A DNA stretch of 64,000 bases from Octopus sinensis (Eukaryota): assembly GCF_006345805.1 (NCBI RefSeq), contig NC_043001.1:45818001-45882000 (forward strand), in the 5' to 3' direction. The notes beneath the pieces are model-generated. The model made no database searches. It saw only the letters and a list, made by a program, of their open reading frames with translations, and had not been told where the DNA came from. Below, piece after piece: positions 38,241 to 51,066 of the stretch (its first letter is position 1; every line of letters begins with the position of its first letter). The translations under genes were made by a program, and so were the position numbers.

Positions 38241-38586
38241 GTATTTTATAAGCTTGGAATTTTTGTAGACATTTGGGGGAATCCAACATGTTTCTGTGTG
38301 ATCCCTACTGTCTTGACCTGGAGGTCGTTGTTTATGTATATATTTGACAACTTTACCAACTTTTTTTTTATAAATGTTCCATTTGTCAAATAGAGGATGC
38401 GAAAGAATATTTGGATCTATAATGCAGTAAAGGGAAAGAAAAACAAACGAAACAAAACATCAATTGATGTTTTGACCCGGAAATGAAAATAACAAAAAAC
38501 AAAAGAACGAAAGTATTGGAATGGGTGTAAACAATATGTAGGAAACAAATATAAAAAAAATGCGCGTAAAGCAACGAGAGGGAGGG

Positions 38587-38930
38587 GAGAGGACTTCGGA
38601 AAATTCACAAGATCCGAGCTTTTTCCCTCATAACTTTTAGGAAAATGAGGCTTTTTCATTGAAATTTTATAGAAATACCATTCAAACGACATATATTACG
38701 ATTAAAGAAATTTGTGGGGAAAATCTTTTCCAAGGGGGTGAGGAGAGGACTTCGGAAAATTCACAAAATCCTAGTTTTACCCTCATAACTTTTAGGAAAA
38801 TGGGATTTTTTCTTTATATAAATACTTTGAAATGGCATACATTATAACTATAAAGTAAGTTGTGGGGAAAATCTTGAGGTGGAGAGAGGACTTCGGAAAA
38901 TTCCCAAGATCCGAATTTTTCCTCATTATA
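38587..38930 (+). repeat. Degenerate 141-156-bp tandem repeat (about 2.4 units) with an inverted partial copy at 39184-39222
   Basis: gagaggacttcggaaaattc at 38587, 38743 and 38884. Confidence 0.8.
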
Positions 38931-39516
38931 TTCCGAAATCACATTCAACTTTCTACAGATACCTTAGTGTAGTACAACTACACTACGTAGTGCTTATTTC
39001 TACCCACTTTCAATAATTTTTAATGTTTTGGCTTCAAATTTTATTTCATTTTCAATCATTTTTATGCTTTTTTAACCCTTCGTCGTTATTCTCATTCACT
39101 TGTTATTACTTTCTCTCTCTATCTCTATCTATCTGTATATATATACATACATACATATATAGACACACACATATATATATACAGTTATGAGGGAAAAACT
39201 CGAGATTTTTGTGAATTTTCATAAAGGTCAAATGTAGACCACGTGCTATTTGTTTATATTCCTGAACAAGATCGTCGCTTTCCGTAAAAAAAATTCATTT
39301 ATTTACTAATTTGTGTGTAGGGGTGGGGGTGAATCTTTTGAAGCCGGCGTAAAAGCAAAAGAGACAAAACGATTGGATCAGAGAAGTTATTTTTTGAAGT
39401 TGGTGTGACGGAAGAATTGATGTGTGTGTGTTTGATGGTGTGGGCAAGACAAAGTGTGGTGTGTATGTGAAGTTGTTTTGTTAGTGTGTGTGAAGAGAAA
39501 GAGAGAGAGAGTTCGA

Positions 39517-40216
39517 GGATCTTTTCCTTTTGAACGGCAGTTTTCAACACAATTTCTAGTTAACTAAACACTTTTAAACTTCGTATACTGGTAGAATGTG
39601 TCAAAATAAAACATTTTTTTCTCTTGGCTTTCTTGAGAAAATTGTAATTTCTAAGTTTAACGTAGTTTAATTTTTCGAATTTTAACCAATCCTATGGCCT
39701 CTATTGAGCTAAAATCATTTCCTGCGTCTAAAACAGACAACATCCTGTCACTAACTCTAACCCTCACCCTAACCCTAAATTTTAGCCTTTCGTTTTTTTT
39801 TTCTTAATTGTTAAATCAATTTAATTGTTACGCGTGTGTCTAAAATTATTCGTTTTGTTTTTGTTTTGAGTTTTTGTTTTCGTTTTAGCCTTTCGTTTTT
39901 TTTTTCTTAATTGTTATCCTTAAATTAATTTAACAATTAAGAAAAAAAAAAACGAAAGGCTAAAATTTAGGGTTTGGGTTAGTGACAGGATGTTGTCTGT
40001 TTTAGACGCAGCAAATGATTTCAGCTCAATAGAGGCCATAGAATTGGTTAAAATTCGAAAAATTAAACTACGTTAAACTTACAAATTACAATTTTCTCAA
40101 GAAAGCCAAGAGAAAAAAATGTTTTATTTTGACACATTCTACCAGTATACGAAGTTTAAAAGTGTTTAGTTAACTAGAAATTGTGTTGAAAGCTGCCGTT
40201 CAAAAAGAAAAGATCA
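39517..40216. mobile_element. 700-bp fold-back MITE, GGATC termini, 8-bp TSD (Merlin-like)
   Basis: Near-perfect arms of about 300 bp; gagttcga (39509-16) / gaggtcga (40217-24); CCCTAA repeats inside the arms. Confidence 0.88.
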
Positions 40217-40224
40217 GAGGTCGA

Positions 40225-42100
40225 TATAACAGGTACTACCTCCACCCCATAGCAGTTGGTTATACTTTGCGATGGCTTACAACAAAAGTGTGCCTGTCCT
40301 CAGTTTCTAACTACCTGTCCGAGAAATTTTCTCCTGTTCAGCTAGGAGTGGGTACTAAGCTAGGTTGTGAGGCTGCTGCTCATGCCACCACGGCTTTCAC
40401 CAACTTGCCCTTTCAGTTCTCAAAGGTCATCCTCAAACTAGACCTTAAGAATGGTTTTAACTCCATCGGTTGAGACATGATCCTCTGCACAGTAAGGGAA
40501 AATTCCCCACCACTTTATCACTTTGCTTGGCAAGTTTATCGAGAGCTTTGGTGACCACCTCATCCCATCTGTCTCTGGAGTCCAACAGGGTTATGCACTC
40601 AGTTCTTTCATATTCATATTGGGTATTGATGATGTTAAGAATTTGGGAACCGACCTAGACCTAAATGTCTGGTACATCAATGGTGCTTGTTGCAACAGCG
40701 AGGATGATCGAGGAGCTTGGTTGTGGAGGTCTTAGTGTTAACAGTTCCAAATGTGAGCTCTGGCTCCTCAATTACCCAGTTTTACATGAGCAGACTACTA
40801 AACTATTTGTTAACTTCCTTTCCTCACTCCTTCGTCAGTGTGGTGCTCCCTGGAGCCCCAATTACTGACCTAGCTTTCGAGTCTATCTTTAGATCTAAAA
40901 TGGCTAAACTTGAACAACTTTTAAAAAGCCTTGAAGTAATTGAACCCCACCAAGGTTTTTTTTTTTATACTTAGGAATTACTTGTCAATTCCTAAGCTAT
41001 TGTATTTTCTGGGAGTTAGTCCCACTTACAGATTCCTGTCGTCCCTCCAATACTTTGATGACCTAGTCTTCAGAAAACTTGAATGCTTGGTCAATGTCAA
41101 GCCCTCCCCAAACTCCCATGGCAAAGCTGCTTTGCTCAATTGGTTTGGGGGTCTAGGTCTGCACAAGTGCTCGACTTTATCTCTTTCTTCCATTCATGCT
41201 TGCTCCTTTTTGGTAGGCAACATCCTCTCCTCTCCAACATGGACTAATTCCAACACAGAGATGGATGAAGCTATATCACAGTGGAGAGAGCTGGTTTTGT
41301 CAGTTCTGGTTACAGTGGAGGATAGATGGAAAAGAGAGTAGGGGACAATCTGTGTTCAGGCGCAACTTTCAACTCTCTCCTTGATCAATCTGATCAATTT
41401 CCATAGTGTCACCTACTGTCAGCTAGTGCAAAATTCTTGGGCGACTGGATTGATGCCTTGCCTGTGGCCAGCATTAGAAGTCTACTTAGTCTAGATGAGC
41501 TCTGCATCTCCATTGCACTCAGAGTGGGAGCTGACATCTGTAGGGGACTGAGATGTCGCTGTGGTAGGCTCCACGACCATACAGGTCTTCATGGTCTGTC
41601 TTGCCATCTAAATGCTGGTCACTTTGCTTGTCATACCAAGCTAAACCTAATCATTAAGTGGGCCCTTGCTCAGATTAATATCCCCTCAGTTCTGGAGCCA
41701 TTGGGGGGGCTATCCAGAAGTGATGGAAAGAGTAATGGTCTTACCCTCTGTCTTTGGGTTAGTGGTAGGTACCTCATTGGGACGCCACAGTCTGTGACTC
41801 CTTTGCTCCCTCCCACATCCTGAATGCTGCTGTTAATGAGAGGGTCACAGCTTCCGTAGCTGAATGGAAGAAAACCCTGCACTAATGGACCTGACTTTCA
41901 GCCTGTGGTATTTGAGACGTTTGGAGGGACTGGGCCACTAACCGCAAAATTCTTGTCATGTTGACAGCTCACCTCACTGAGGCGTCAGGTGATGCCCATG
42001 AAGGTGCTTGACTTTCCCAATGCCTTAGCCTTGCCATCGCCTGTGGTAATGCTGCTAGCATGCTGGCTTGCTTCAGTAAGTTCCGTTAAACCTTGTGGTG
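40225..42100 (+). mobile_element. CRE-clade RLE non-LTR retrotransposon relic (RT, CCHC knuckle, restriction-like endonuclease)
   Basis: PIAVG, QLGVGTKLGCEAAAHA, LKLDLKNGFNS, GVQQG, WIDALP, CRCG..GLHGLSC, LEP.G..RSDGK, GNAASML; 5'-truncated and frameshifted. Confidence 0.85.
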
Positions 42101-42294
42101 TGCGACCAATTACCATGATAACAAAAATTCTCACACATGGCTTCAATACAGTTTTAACAGAAAGATTTGGAAGAATTCGATGAAAGTTCCCTGGTAATTT
42201 TCTTTCATGTAAATAAATGTTTCTGTTAATTTAAAAATTTGCCAGCAAAATCTTAGAAAATGACAATGTTCTAAAAGATGTACGTGTTTATGTT

Positions 42295-42500
42295 CATCAT
42301 CATCATCATCGTTTAGCGTCCGTTTTCCATGCTAGCATGGGTTGGACGGTTCTACTGGGGTCTGTGAAGCCAGAAGGCTTCATCAGGCCCAGTCAAAATC
42401 TGGCAGTGTTTCTACGGCTGGATGCCCTTCCTAACGCCAACCACTCCGTGAGTGTAGTGGGTGCTTTTTACGTGCCACCCACACAGGTGCCAGACAGAGC
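42295..42500 (-). mobile_element. RTE 3' tail (young)
   Basis: (CAT)n-cgtttagcgtccg; close to the reverse complement of 17590-17792. Confidence 0.9.
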
Positions 42501-43598
42501 GAAAATTTTTAAATAGATATAGGAAACTAAACAAAATACCCATCATAGACAGGGAATTGGTGTTAATGTTTCTGAACAAACAATAGGCAGAATATCTGAC
42601 TAAACCCATATAACCTGTTTTTCTACAAACTTTATTTGAATTTCTGATTTTAGCAGCAGATTATATTCTGGGGAAAAAACGGAATGTTTTGAATCTCACT
42701 TCTTTTAATCCTAAACATAATACTAAATGCTAAACCTTAAACTCTAAAACTTAACCTTACCCTAAAATACTAATCAGAATCATGTTGCAAGGGACCTAAC
42801 ATAAGTACTTCCTACTTAATTTATTATTGCCTGTACCATTGTTAACAAACTTAATGATGTTTTGCCATTTTCAACCAGACAAATGTCTGAATTTATAGAT
42901 TGATTAATGAATGAGACATGTAAAAATGATCTTGTGAAAATATAATTAAACTGTCATTCTCTCACTTCTTTTGTATTTCTAACAGCAAGTCCTCCTTCCT
43001 GAATTATTTAGACATCTACCACCAGGTCATTTATATAACTGAACTCACCCATTATATAGCTAATCTATTTGTTCACAAGGATTATTATGAGATGAATATG
43101 GATATCTCATTACATAATCAATATTATATAATTGATAAGACAACAAGTGTGCAGAACCATTAGCAATCTGGGTGAAATGCTTAGTGGCATTTTGTCCATC
43201 TTCATGCTCTGAGTTCAAATTCTGCTGAGGTCAACTTTGCCCTTCATCTGTTTGGGGAGGATAAAATAAGTACCAGTTGAGTACTAGAGTCAATGTAATT
43301 AACTTACCCCCTCCTCAGAAATTGCTGGCCTTGTTCCAGAATTTGAAACCAATATTATATAATTGATATGATAGTATCATTTCTCTCTTTCATGTTTTCA
43401 TGCATATTATATTGTTTGTCACTCTTATGTTATTGGAACAATTGTAATCCATGGAATAAATGTAATACCAAAAGCCCTATTCTTCACCTTTTATACACAT
43501 GCACACACACACACACACACACACATACACACATGCACGCACACACACATGCACACACATTGTTTTATATGACTTATTCTTTTAACTTCAGTACTACA

Positions 43599-43772
43599 AT
43601 GGCCTGCAAGACTCCCGAAACTTTGGAAGAAATTCATTATCCAACTTGTGAAGATTCCTTGAGTGAAAAAACTAGTGTCAGTTATCAGTCATATATTGCT
43701 CTTTTAGATGAAATGACAAATCTGAGGAAAATAATAGACTCCTGTAAGAATTTTTCTGAAAAACCTGTTAAG
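43599..43772 (+). CDS. Coiled-coil/C2H2 protein, coding exon 1 (MACKTP...SEKPVK, 58 aa)
   Basis: Acceptor ttcttttaacttcag|43592, ATG 43599, donor AAG|gtaggt; phase 0. Confidence 0.75.
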
Positions 43773-44129
43773 GTAGGTTACAGTTTAAATTTTTAATTTT
43801 CTTTTTCCTTTCTATCTTTACCTACTTCTGTGTGTGTGTGTATGTGTGTGCGTGTGTGTATGCACATTTACATATGTGGAAAATTCTGTATTTGGGTGTG
43901 TTTGTTTGTGGAGTTGTTAGCTAACATGATTTCATATAAATTAAATTGAGTATGCTTATTTCTTAGTATTTGAACTGTTAGTTATTTTCGCAATTTATCC
44001 TGTATAACCCTTAAACAAATAAATAGTATTTTTCTAAACAATAGATCCACTTATTTCGGTTAGTGACTTATTCATGAATATACTATGAATGACTATGCCT
44101 TTCATGTCACTTCAGTCAATTGACAAGCG

Positions 44130-45130
44130 CTGCATGAAGAACTGTTCTGCTTTTAGACAAATGCACTGTCAGCACAAAAGTCACACCCTGTTTACATGTA
44201 GGAACACCTTAAAATTTATCTGTTTATCTTGAAAACGGCCAGCATGTATATTTCACAGAAGACAATGTTCGAAACGTAGTTCTGAATCCACTAGAAACCA
44301 CTTTGACAGCTCTCTTCAAATTATGTCAATGTGATCTGTTTGCCTGAACACTGTTGTATGTAGAGGTCCCCGTGTACTCTACCTGGGCACAGAATAGATG
44401 GAAGAGACACAAGCAAGGAACACACCTTGAGGGCTGGGAAGAAGATGCTGTCTTCAGAAGTGGGGCCATTGGGCGGGTGTATATTGTGCACCCTAATCGG
44501 CAGGAGTGCTTCTTTCTGCATCTACTGCTACACCCTATCAGACACAATGGGAAGTCTGCATGACCTATAGAGAAGCCTGCGCCAAACATGGACTACCGGA
44601 GGACAATGCTCACTGGGACCAGACACTGGAGGAGTCAGCGCAGCACTAAGTCAACTGCACCAGCTATTTTCTATCATATTGATGACATGTGGCTTGCATG
44701 AACCTCACAAGCTTGGGCAATCCACAAAACCAGCATAGCAGAGGACATCTAGAAAGGATTCAAAGGCAAACCTCAGCGGAAATTGCCATGTACAATAATG
44801 CCACTTACAATGAGGCATTACTTGACCTGGACACACAAGATCAAGCTATGGGAGGTCAAGGCAATTCCACATTTGGTTATTACATAACTAACTTCACAAT
44901 TTGGGAATTCCTAAGACAGTTCAGTATTCTCTGTAAATGCACAAAAACCGTTTTTAGGGCTACATACTTTGTATTGTTATTGGATTAGTGAAACAATTAT
45001 GAGAACAGAACCAAGGGATAAGCCCCACTTTTCCAGGAATTACCAGGTATGTCAGCTAGTAAATACATATGTCAGAGGTTACTGAGTATTCCCTACACAT
45101 ACAATGTACAAGGCATCCTATCTTTTATGC
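44130..45130 (+). mobile_element. Helitron RepHel relic (intronic)
   Basis: HLENGQ.VYFTE, TTLTA.FKLCQ, YVEVP..W..RKQG..IGRVYIVHP..ECFFL.LLLH, TYREAC..GL.EDNAHWDQTLEE. Confidence 0.85.
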
Positions 45131-45459
45131 TTGGCACCCTACACACAATCTAGAGTGATTGGTGACTAGAAGAAAAGTAAGATTGAGAGGTTCCTTACTC
45201 CTCTGTCATTGAGGGCTTCACAATCTCCCTTGTGTTGGTGTCACGAGAAAAAACAACTGGTACACTCTGTAAAGTGTTTGACAATAGAAAGGTATCTAGA
45301 AAGGGTATCTAGCTTTGGAAGCTAAACCAAAGTCACACAAACCCCAGTGTTTGAGGGTAGTTGCTCCCAATAAGAAAGAACTTGGATTGTGATTACACAG
45401 CCAACTCATGCCAGTCTGGAAAGCAGATATAAAAATGATCAGAGTGCTATATGGCTGTG

Positions 45460-45840
45460 TGTTTAAGAAGTTTGTTTCCAAACTGCATGGTTTCAGGCTC
45501 AGTTCAACATTGGCAAGTGTCTCCTACTATAGCCCTGGGCTGACCAAAGTCTTGTGAGTGGATATGGTAGATGGAAACTGAAATAAGCCTGTTGTTTATA
45601 TGTGTATATGTGCGCAAGTGTGTGTTTGTGATTCCTTGTCTTGACATCACATGATTGTTGTAAATAAATGTCATTCATTTCCAGTATTCTGTGAACACAT
45701 GTCTGGCTATGAGAAAATATTACCTTGCTTGGAAATGGGTAAGGTTTAGCAACAGGAAGGTCATAGAAAATCTGCCTCAATAAGCTCCATCTGACCCATG
45801 CAAGCATGGAAAAGTGGCCATTAAAATAATAATGGTGATA
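45460..45840 (+). mobile_element. Family B CORE-type SINE ending in an RTE-like tail
   Basis: ttggcaagtgtc core, (TG)n, then gacccatgcaagcatggaaaagtggccattaaa. Confidence 0.75.
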
Positions 45841-46170
45841 TATCTTCACAAGGAAAATGTTGACAATGACTTAGTTTTACTGGTTATTGGCTTCACCATC
45901 TGATGAAAATAAACATAGTACTCTATTTAAATGTATTGAGTGATTCTTCTATTAATGTTTGGCTGTTTTTATAGATACCCTTGCCTTTACTACCTCTTCC
46001 CCATTATTCTTCTAACACACTGTTTCTTTCTATCTCTCTCTTCTTCCCACTCTATCATCCTAGTCATTGTTCATCCCCACCTTACTGTCATACTTCCTTT
46101 TCTTTCTCCCTTTTACCTTTCATCATCATCTTCAATTTTTCTCTCTTTTTCTCACTTTATTTGTCTAAAC

Positions 46171-46687
46171 CAGGGGTGGGGAAACTTTAGTGTGGTGGGC
46201 AAAAATTTTCTAAGAAAAAGGTCTGCAGGTGGATCACAGGTTCTAACTCTTATATCTGTGTAAATCTTGTATATATCTATGTATAATTTGATATTCATTA
46301 AGAAAGATAAGTTTAACACATTAAATTAATGCGTTACATCTTCATTAATGCTGCCACTGAATTTAGGACGTTTATAATACTTATAAAGTATTCTATTTCT
46401 TTCAGCTAAAGTGTAGTTGGGTCTGAAAGGGGTGGTATAAACCTAGCAATATGTGTTTTATAGTGAAAACGAAATTTCCATTCAAATGGCAATTACTAGA
46501 TGATTTCTGACCATTTTAAGTCGTAGTGGAAATGTGACCTATGTTGCAAATAGGTGTACGAATATTGTATAAATTTTGATTGAAAAATTTACTATATTTT
46601 GTACATATGAGTATATCAGCCTGTGGGCACAATAAAATGGGTTCACAGGTGCAATTGTGTCTGTGGTTGGGGGTTTCTCTACCCCTG
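46171..46687. mobile_element. hAT (Charlie-type) MITE
   Basis: TIRs caggggtggggaaac / gtttctctacccctg; 8-bp flanks gtctaaac / gtgaaaac (6/8). Confidence 0.7.
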
Positions 46688-46920
46688 GTGAAAACAAATG
46701 GATTTCTGTAGCATTATGAAATCTTTCAATCCTGAAATGAGATATTAGAGTAAATGCCACACGCAGGGAATACCATAGGAATATTTGAACTGGTGATGCT
46801 TAAGAGTTTAGGGGCTTTATGCCATATGTAACTTATCACTTTCAACATCAATAATTTATAGGGGAAAACATTGTTATTGTATTATTTTGCTTAATTAAAA
46901 AAAAATCATTTATTTTTCAG

Positions 46921-47016
46921 TTTGATGCTTGTATGCAGACAACAGAAGCATTAGAATATGAAGATATGCTACGTTGTTTGGCTTCTGCTTATGATGCAAA
47001 ACAAGAAGACTGCAAG
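46921..47016 (+). CDS. Coding exon 2 (FDACMQ...KQEDCK, 32 aa)
   Basis: tatttttcag| ... AAG|gtaatt; 96 nt, open, phase 0-0. Confidence 0.8.
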
Positions 47017-47364
47017 GTAATTCATTAAAATTCATCACTTTCCATCCTAATCTAGGGTCAGTTCTTAGTCCAGTTGCCTCAATGATAGTTAAAAAAAGTA
47101 TTTTAGTTCGGTGTTTACCATTTTTGCTAACTTATTGTCCTCAAGCCAATGAAGCAGCCTCTATGTGGTCACTCAACCTGTCTTAAAAAAGAAGTGTTGG
47201 TATTGTGTAGTCATAGGTGAACAATAAGACCTGATTGTCATGACTGGAAAGCCTTAAGTCTTAGGTATGCTTAATCAGACCTGAGCTGCAGCTAAACTAC
47301 AATAACAGCTTATCACTTGTTTATGGAAAATATTGATTATGTTTTGTTATTTTTTTCTTTCAAG

Positions 47365-47421
47365 AAACTAGAAATGAAACTGAAAGATTCTGAAGAAATA
47401 ATCAAAGAACTCTATGAGAAG
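47365..47421 (+). CDS. Coding exon 3 (KLEMKLKDSEEIIKELYEK, 19 aa)
   Basis: ttttttctttcaag| ... AAG|gtaaat; 57 nt. Confidence 0.8.
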
Positions 47422-47763
47422 GTAAATAAATATATTGTTTCTTATTTGGAGATTTTCCTTCCCTGTGTCTGAGGAGTTGATTATCTTTGAAGCAGTGTGT
47501 GCGTGGGAGGGAGGGAGGGAGGGTCATTTAAAGAATATTATGAATATGGTGTTATTGTTTAGCCAAGTATTTCTCAACCTTTTGTCTCTTGTCACCCACT
47601 ATTCATTATTTTACATCTCCAAACCCATATCCAGCAACGATCATTACAAGTACACCTCAACAAATTCAATCCAACTCATACCAGCATGGAAAAGTGAACA
47701 TTAAAAACAATGATGATACAAACACACACACACATAGTTTGTTTTTGACTTTCTATATGTGTG

Positions 47764-47810
<47 letters not shown>

Positions 47811-47854
47811 TCTGAAATCTTAACCCTTCTTTTGTTTTTCTTCCCATCATGCAG

Positions 47855-47938
47855 CTGGATAAAGTAATGCAAGACTTGAAGTCTGAGAAAGAAGAATGTA
47901 ATCATTTGAAACAATTAAACATGGTGACTGGAACACTT
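47855..47938 (+). CDS. Coding exon 4 (LDKVMQ...MVTGTL, 28 aa)
   Basis: ttcttcccatcatgcag| ... |gtaagt; 84 nt. Confidence 0.8.
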
Positions 47939-47991
47939 GTAAGTGAACAGTAATTTTTTATCCTGCTCTACTGCATCCTTCTTGGTCACTC

Positions 47992-48235
47992 ATCATCATC
48001 ATCATCATCGTTTAACGTCCGTTCTCCATGCTAGCATGGGTTGGATGGTTCGACCGGAGATCTGGGAAGCCAGAAGGCTGCTCCAGGCTCCAGTCTGATC
48101 TGGCAGTGTTTCTACAGCTGGATGCCCTTCCTAACGCCAACCACTCTGTGAGTGTAGTGGGTGCTTTTTATGTGCCAGGCGAGGCTGGCAATGGCCACAA
48201 TCGGATTGGTGCTTTTTACGTGCCATCGGCATATC
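47992..48235 (-). mobile_element. RTE 3' tail in intron 4
   Basis: (CAT)n-cgtttaacgtccg..ggatgcccttcc. Confidence 0.85.
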
Positions 48236-48499
48236 TCCATACTCATATCTCCATACTCATATGTTGGCCCAAACTCCACTAGGCTGTGTCATTTTGTTGT
48301 TATTCTTGTTGTTTAGCTCCAAGCTGGTTCTGAATATGTGTTTCTATTTTTAAAACTGTTGGTGATTATTTGAAGAACTTGGCAACTACTACTGGTAGGT
48401 GAGACTCACATGGAGTATTGCTTTCAAATCACCTCCACCAGCTTTTACATACTCCCCCAACAACACCAATTTTAACAAGTCTATCAGTAAATGTGATCT

Positions 48500-49050
48500 G
48501 GATATTATTGACAACAGTAATCTGCATTGGATAAACCACATCTCTAAGATTGTCAAGAAGGCTTAAGGTGTCTTAGCATTACTCAGTAAGACCTTTGTCA
48601 GCTGCTCTCCAGCTATCTGTTTAAAGTTGTACATGACTATGGTATGTCCATACTTAGAGTTTGTATCACCAGTCTGGAACCCCTATCTTGCTCAGCATAT
48701 CAATCTCCTGAAAACTGTTCAGAAACATGCAACCAAAGGAATACCAGCCATCAGGCATCTACCATACTCTGAACATCTTGCTTCCCTGGGCATGGACACA
48801 TTTACGTTGACATCTGGCAACTGACTTGGTAGATACCCACAAGATTATCAATCATCTTTCCAACAACAACCTTGGGTATCTTTTTGAATTCCATACATCT
48901 AACACTCATGGACATGCTTACAAAATCAAAAAACAACACAGCACCCATGGCTTTTGGAAACATTTTTTCATGCTCAGGATTGCTGAACCATAGAATAAAA
49001 TACCTACATCAGTTGTTAGTAGTTGAGATACTACATCCTTCAAAACTTCC
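48500..49050 (+). mobile_element. CR1-clade LINE C-terminal fragment
   Basis: LYMTMVCPYLEFVSPVWNPY...VQKHATK..LPYSE.L..L. Confidence 0.8.
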
Positions 49051-49712
49051 ATCATCATCATCATCATCGTTTAATGTCCGCTTTCAGTCTGATCTGAAAT
49101 TCTCCAACAGTACACCCGATGCCCCCACCCTTGTTTCTTCTTCCATTTTTTTAAAGACTTTTTCACTGTTCATTTCCTGTGCATACTCTATGTACTGTTC
49201 ATGATGAGTTGTAGTGCACCTGAACACTGTATACAATAAGATCATTATATATCATTATATTCTGTTGATACTACCTCCAATTATTCTACTCTATAAACTA
49301 TGTCATCAAAATTACTACACCTTGTCTTTCCACAACCTTACTATGGCAGACAACCAGCCCAACCTAATGATACACTTCTGTCATCTCTTTCTATTTCTAA
49401 GCAAACACTTCAGTCTTTACATTTAGATAGAACCTTTAGCATTCATATTACCCTTTCAAATGTAATGCTTATTTGTTTACATTGTTTTTAATTAATCATG
49501 CATTATCTCATAGCATTGAGATTTCAATGGTGTGATTGTTTATTTTTAGAATGATTGTAGGGTAGGTGTGAGGGACCAGATTCTAGCTGGTTTGAACAGA
49601 AAATGGGTAGAGTATTTGGGTTGGATATGGCCAGTTTAAATTCTAAGGTGTCAATACTGGGGACTTATTTCCTTTGTTAATTTAAAAAAAATTTTTTTTT
49701 TTACATTTACAG

Positions 49713-49916
49713 AATACTATGATGGCATCCCCCAGCAGAAGCTGTTCTACTGCAAGTCAACTGCATTCTAAGCCATGCCGTCAACCTTCTGAGCTGCGAG
49801 TCGATTGTGCACCGATGAGCACTGTTAGAAACTATGAATGTTTAGTTTGTCAGCAAACCTTCAACAACGAGGCAGATTTGAAAGAACATCAGAAGAGATA
49901 TCATTTAAACAAATGA
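49713..49916 (+). CDS. Coding exon 5 with C2H2 zinc finger and stop (67 aa)
   Basis: tttttacatttacag|AAT ACT ATG; YECLVCQQTFNNEADLKEHQKRYH; TGA 49914-16. Confidence 0.85.
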   Translation, partial: NTMMASPSRSCSTASQLHSKPCRQPSELRVDCAPMSTVRNYECLVCQQTFNNEADLKEHQKRYHLNK

Positions 49917-50224
49917 GTGTATGTATAAATAGTGTGGTTAGACATTGCTTTTTTCTGTGTAACACATCAAAGTGCACAATATGCTCTCACCATAGCATCA
50001 TTCTATATTGACTTTTGATGCAAACATTTTTACCAAAGCTGACTGAAGATGACAAAATCCAAATTCCTGGATTTTAGCATGAAACCATAGTATGGAAGTA
50101 ATGATACACACATGCACACACACACACACACACATACACACACACACACACACACATACACACACACACACAAACATGAATACACACGCACGCGTGCACG
50201 CACACACAGAAGTATACATATGAG

Positions 50225-50530
50225 AAGTCTTTTTCAGCTTCCATATACCAAGGTTCCATTCACTCACAAGGCTTTGATTGGCCCAGGGTTATAGAAGTCA
50301 TGCACTCAAGGTGCTGTACAGTAGGATTGAACCCAAAACTACATGGTTTGAAAGGAAACTTTCTTTTCTTTAACCATAATGTGTCTGTTTGACTGCATGG
50401 CTGTGTGGTTAAGAAGCTTGCTTCCAACCATGTGGTCCCCTCTGCATGACGCCTTGGATGGGTGTCTTCTATAGCTTGGGCTGACCAAAGCCTTGTGAGT
50501 GGATTTGGTAGACGGAAACTGAAAGAAGTG
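50225..50530. mobile_element. Head-to-head pair of family B SINEs
   Basis: Minus copy about 50225-50376, plus copy 50398-50530 (continues to about 50780). Confidence 0.75.
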
Positions 50531-50914
50531 TGTTGTATATGTTTATATATATTTATATATGTACCCCTTGTTTTTACATCATGTGATAATGGTAAATAAG
50601 CATCACTGTCATACAATTGATGCTGTTCATTTTTCTGTTCTCTCTCATGAAATATTACTTTGCTTGGAAGTAGGTGAGGGTTGGCAATAGGAAGGATATT
50701 TGTCACATTGAAAATTTGCTTCAATAAATTTCATCTGCTCTACCATTCAATCACGAATAAGAGAACATTAAATGAACAATAGGTTACACACACACACACA
50801 CATACATACTTTACATGCATATATATATATTTATATACATATATACACACACATATATACACATAGATAAGTACATACACACATACATACATATATACAC
50901 ACACACACACACAA

Positions 50915-50946
<32 letters not shown>

Positions 50947-50982
50947 ATGGAGTTAAACGCAGGTGTTATTCAAATTCTTTTA

Positions 50983-51066
50983 CTTCCGACTCGTTTTGAA
51001 GATATCACTGGTATTATTCCAAAGGATTAAATGGTGTAAAACAATGTAATCTTCTCTTCAAGGAAA
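50983..51066 (-). ncRNA. Hammerhead ribozyme copy (core mutated at C3 and G12)
   Basis: tttcc-TTGAAGA-gaagat..atcttc-AAAA-cgagTC-ggaag. Confidence 0.55.

Noticed and set aside
43368-43598. Upstream part of ORF 43368-43796
   Set aside because: Intronic, includes (CA)n; the exon begins at the 43592 acceptor.
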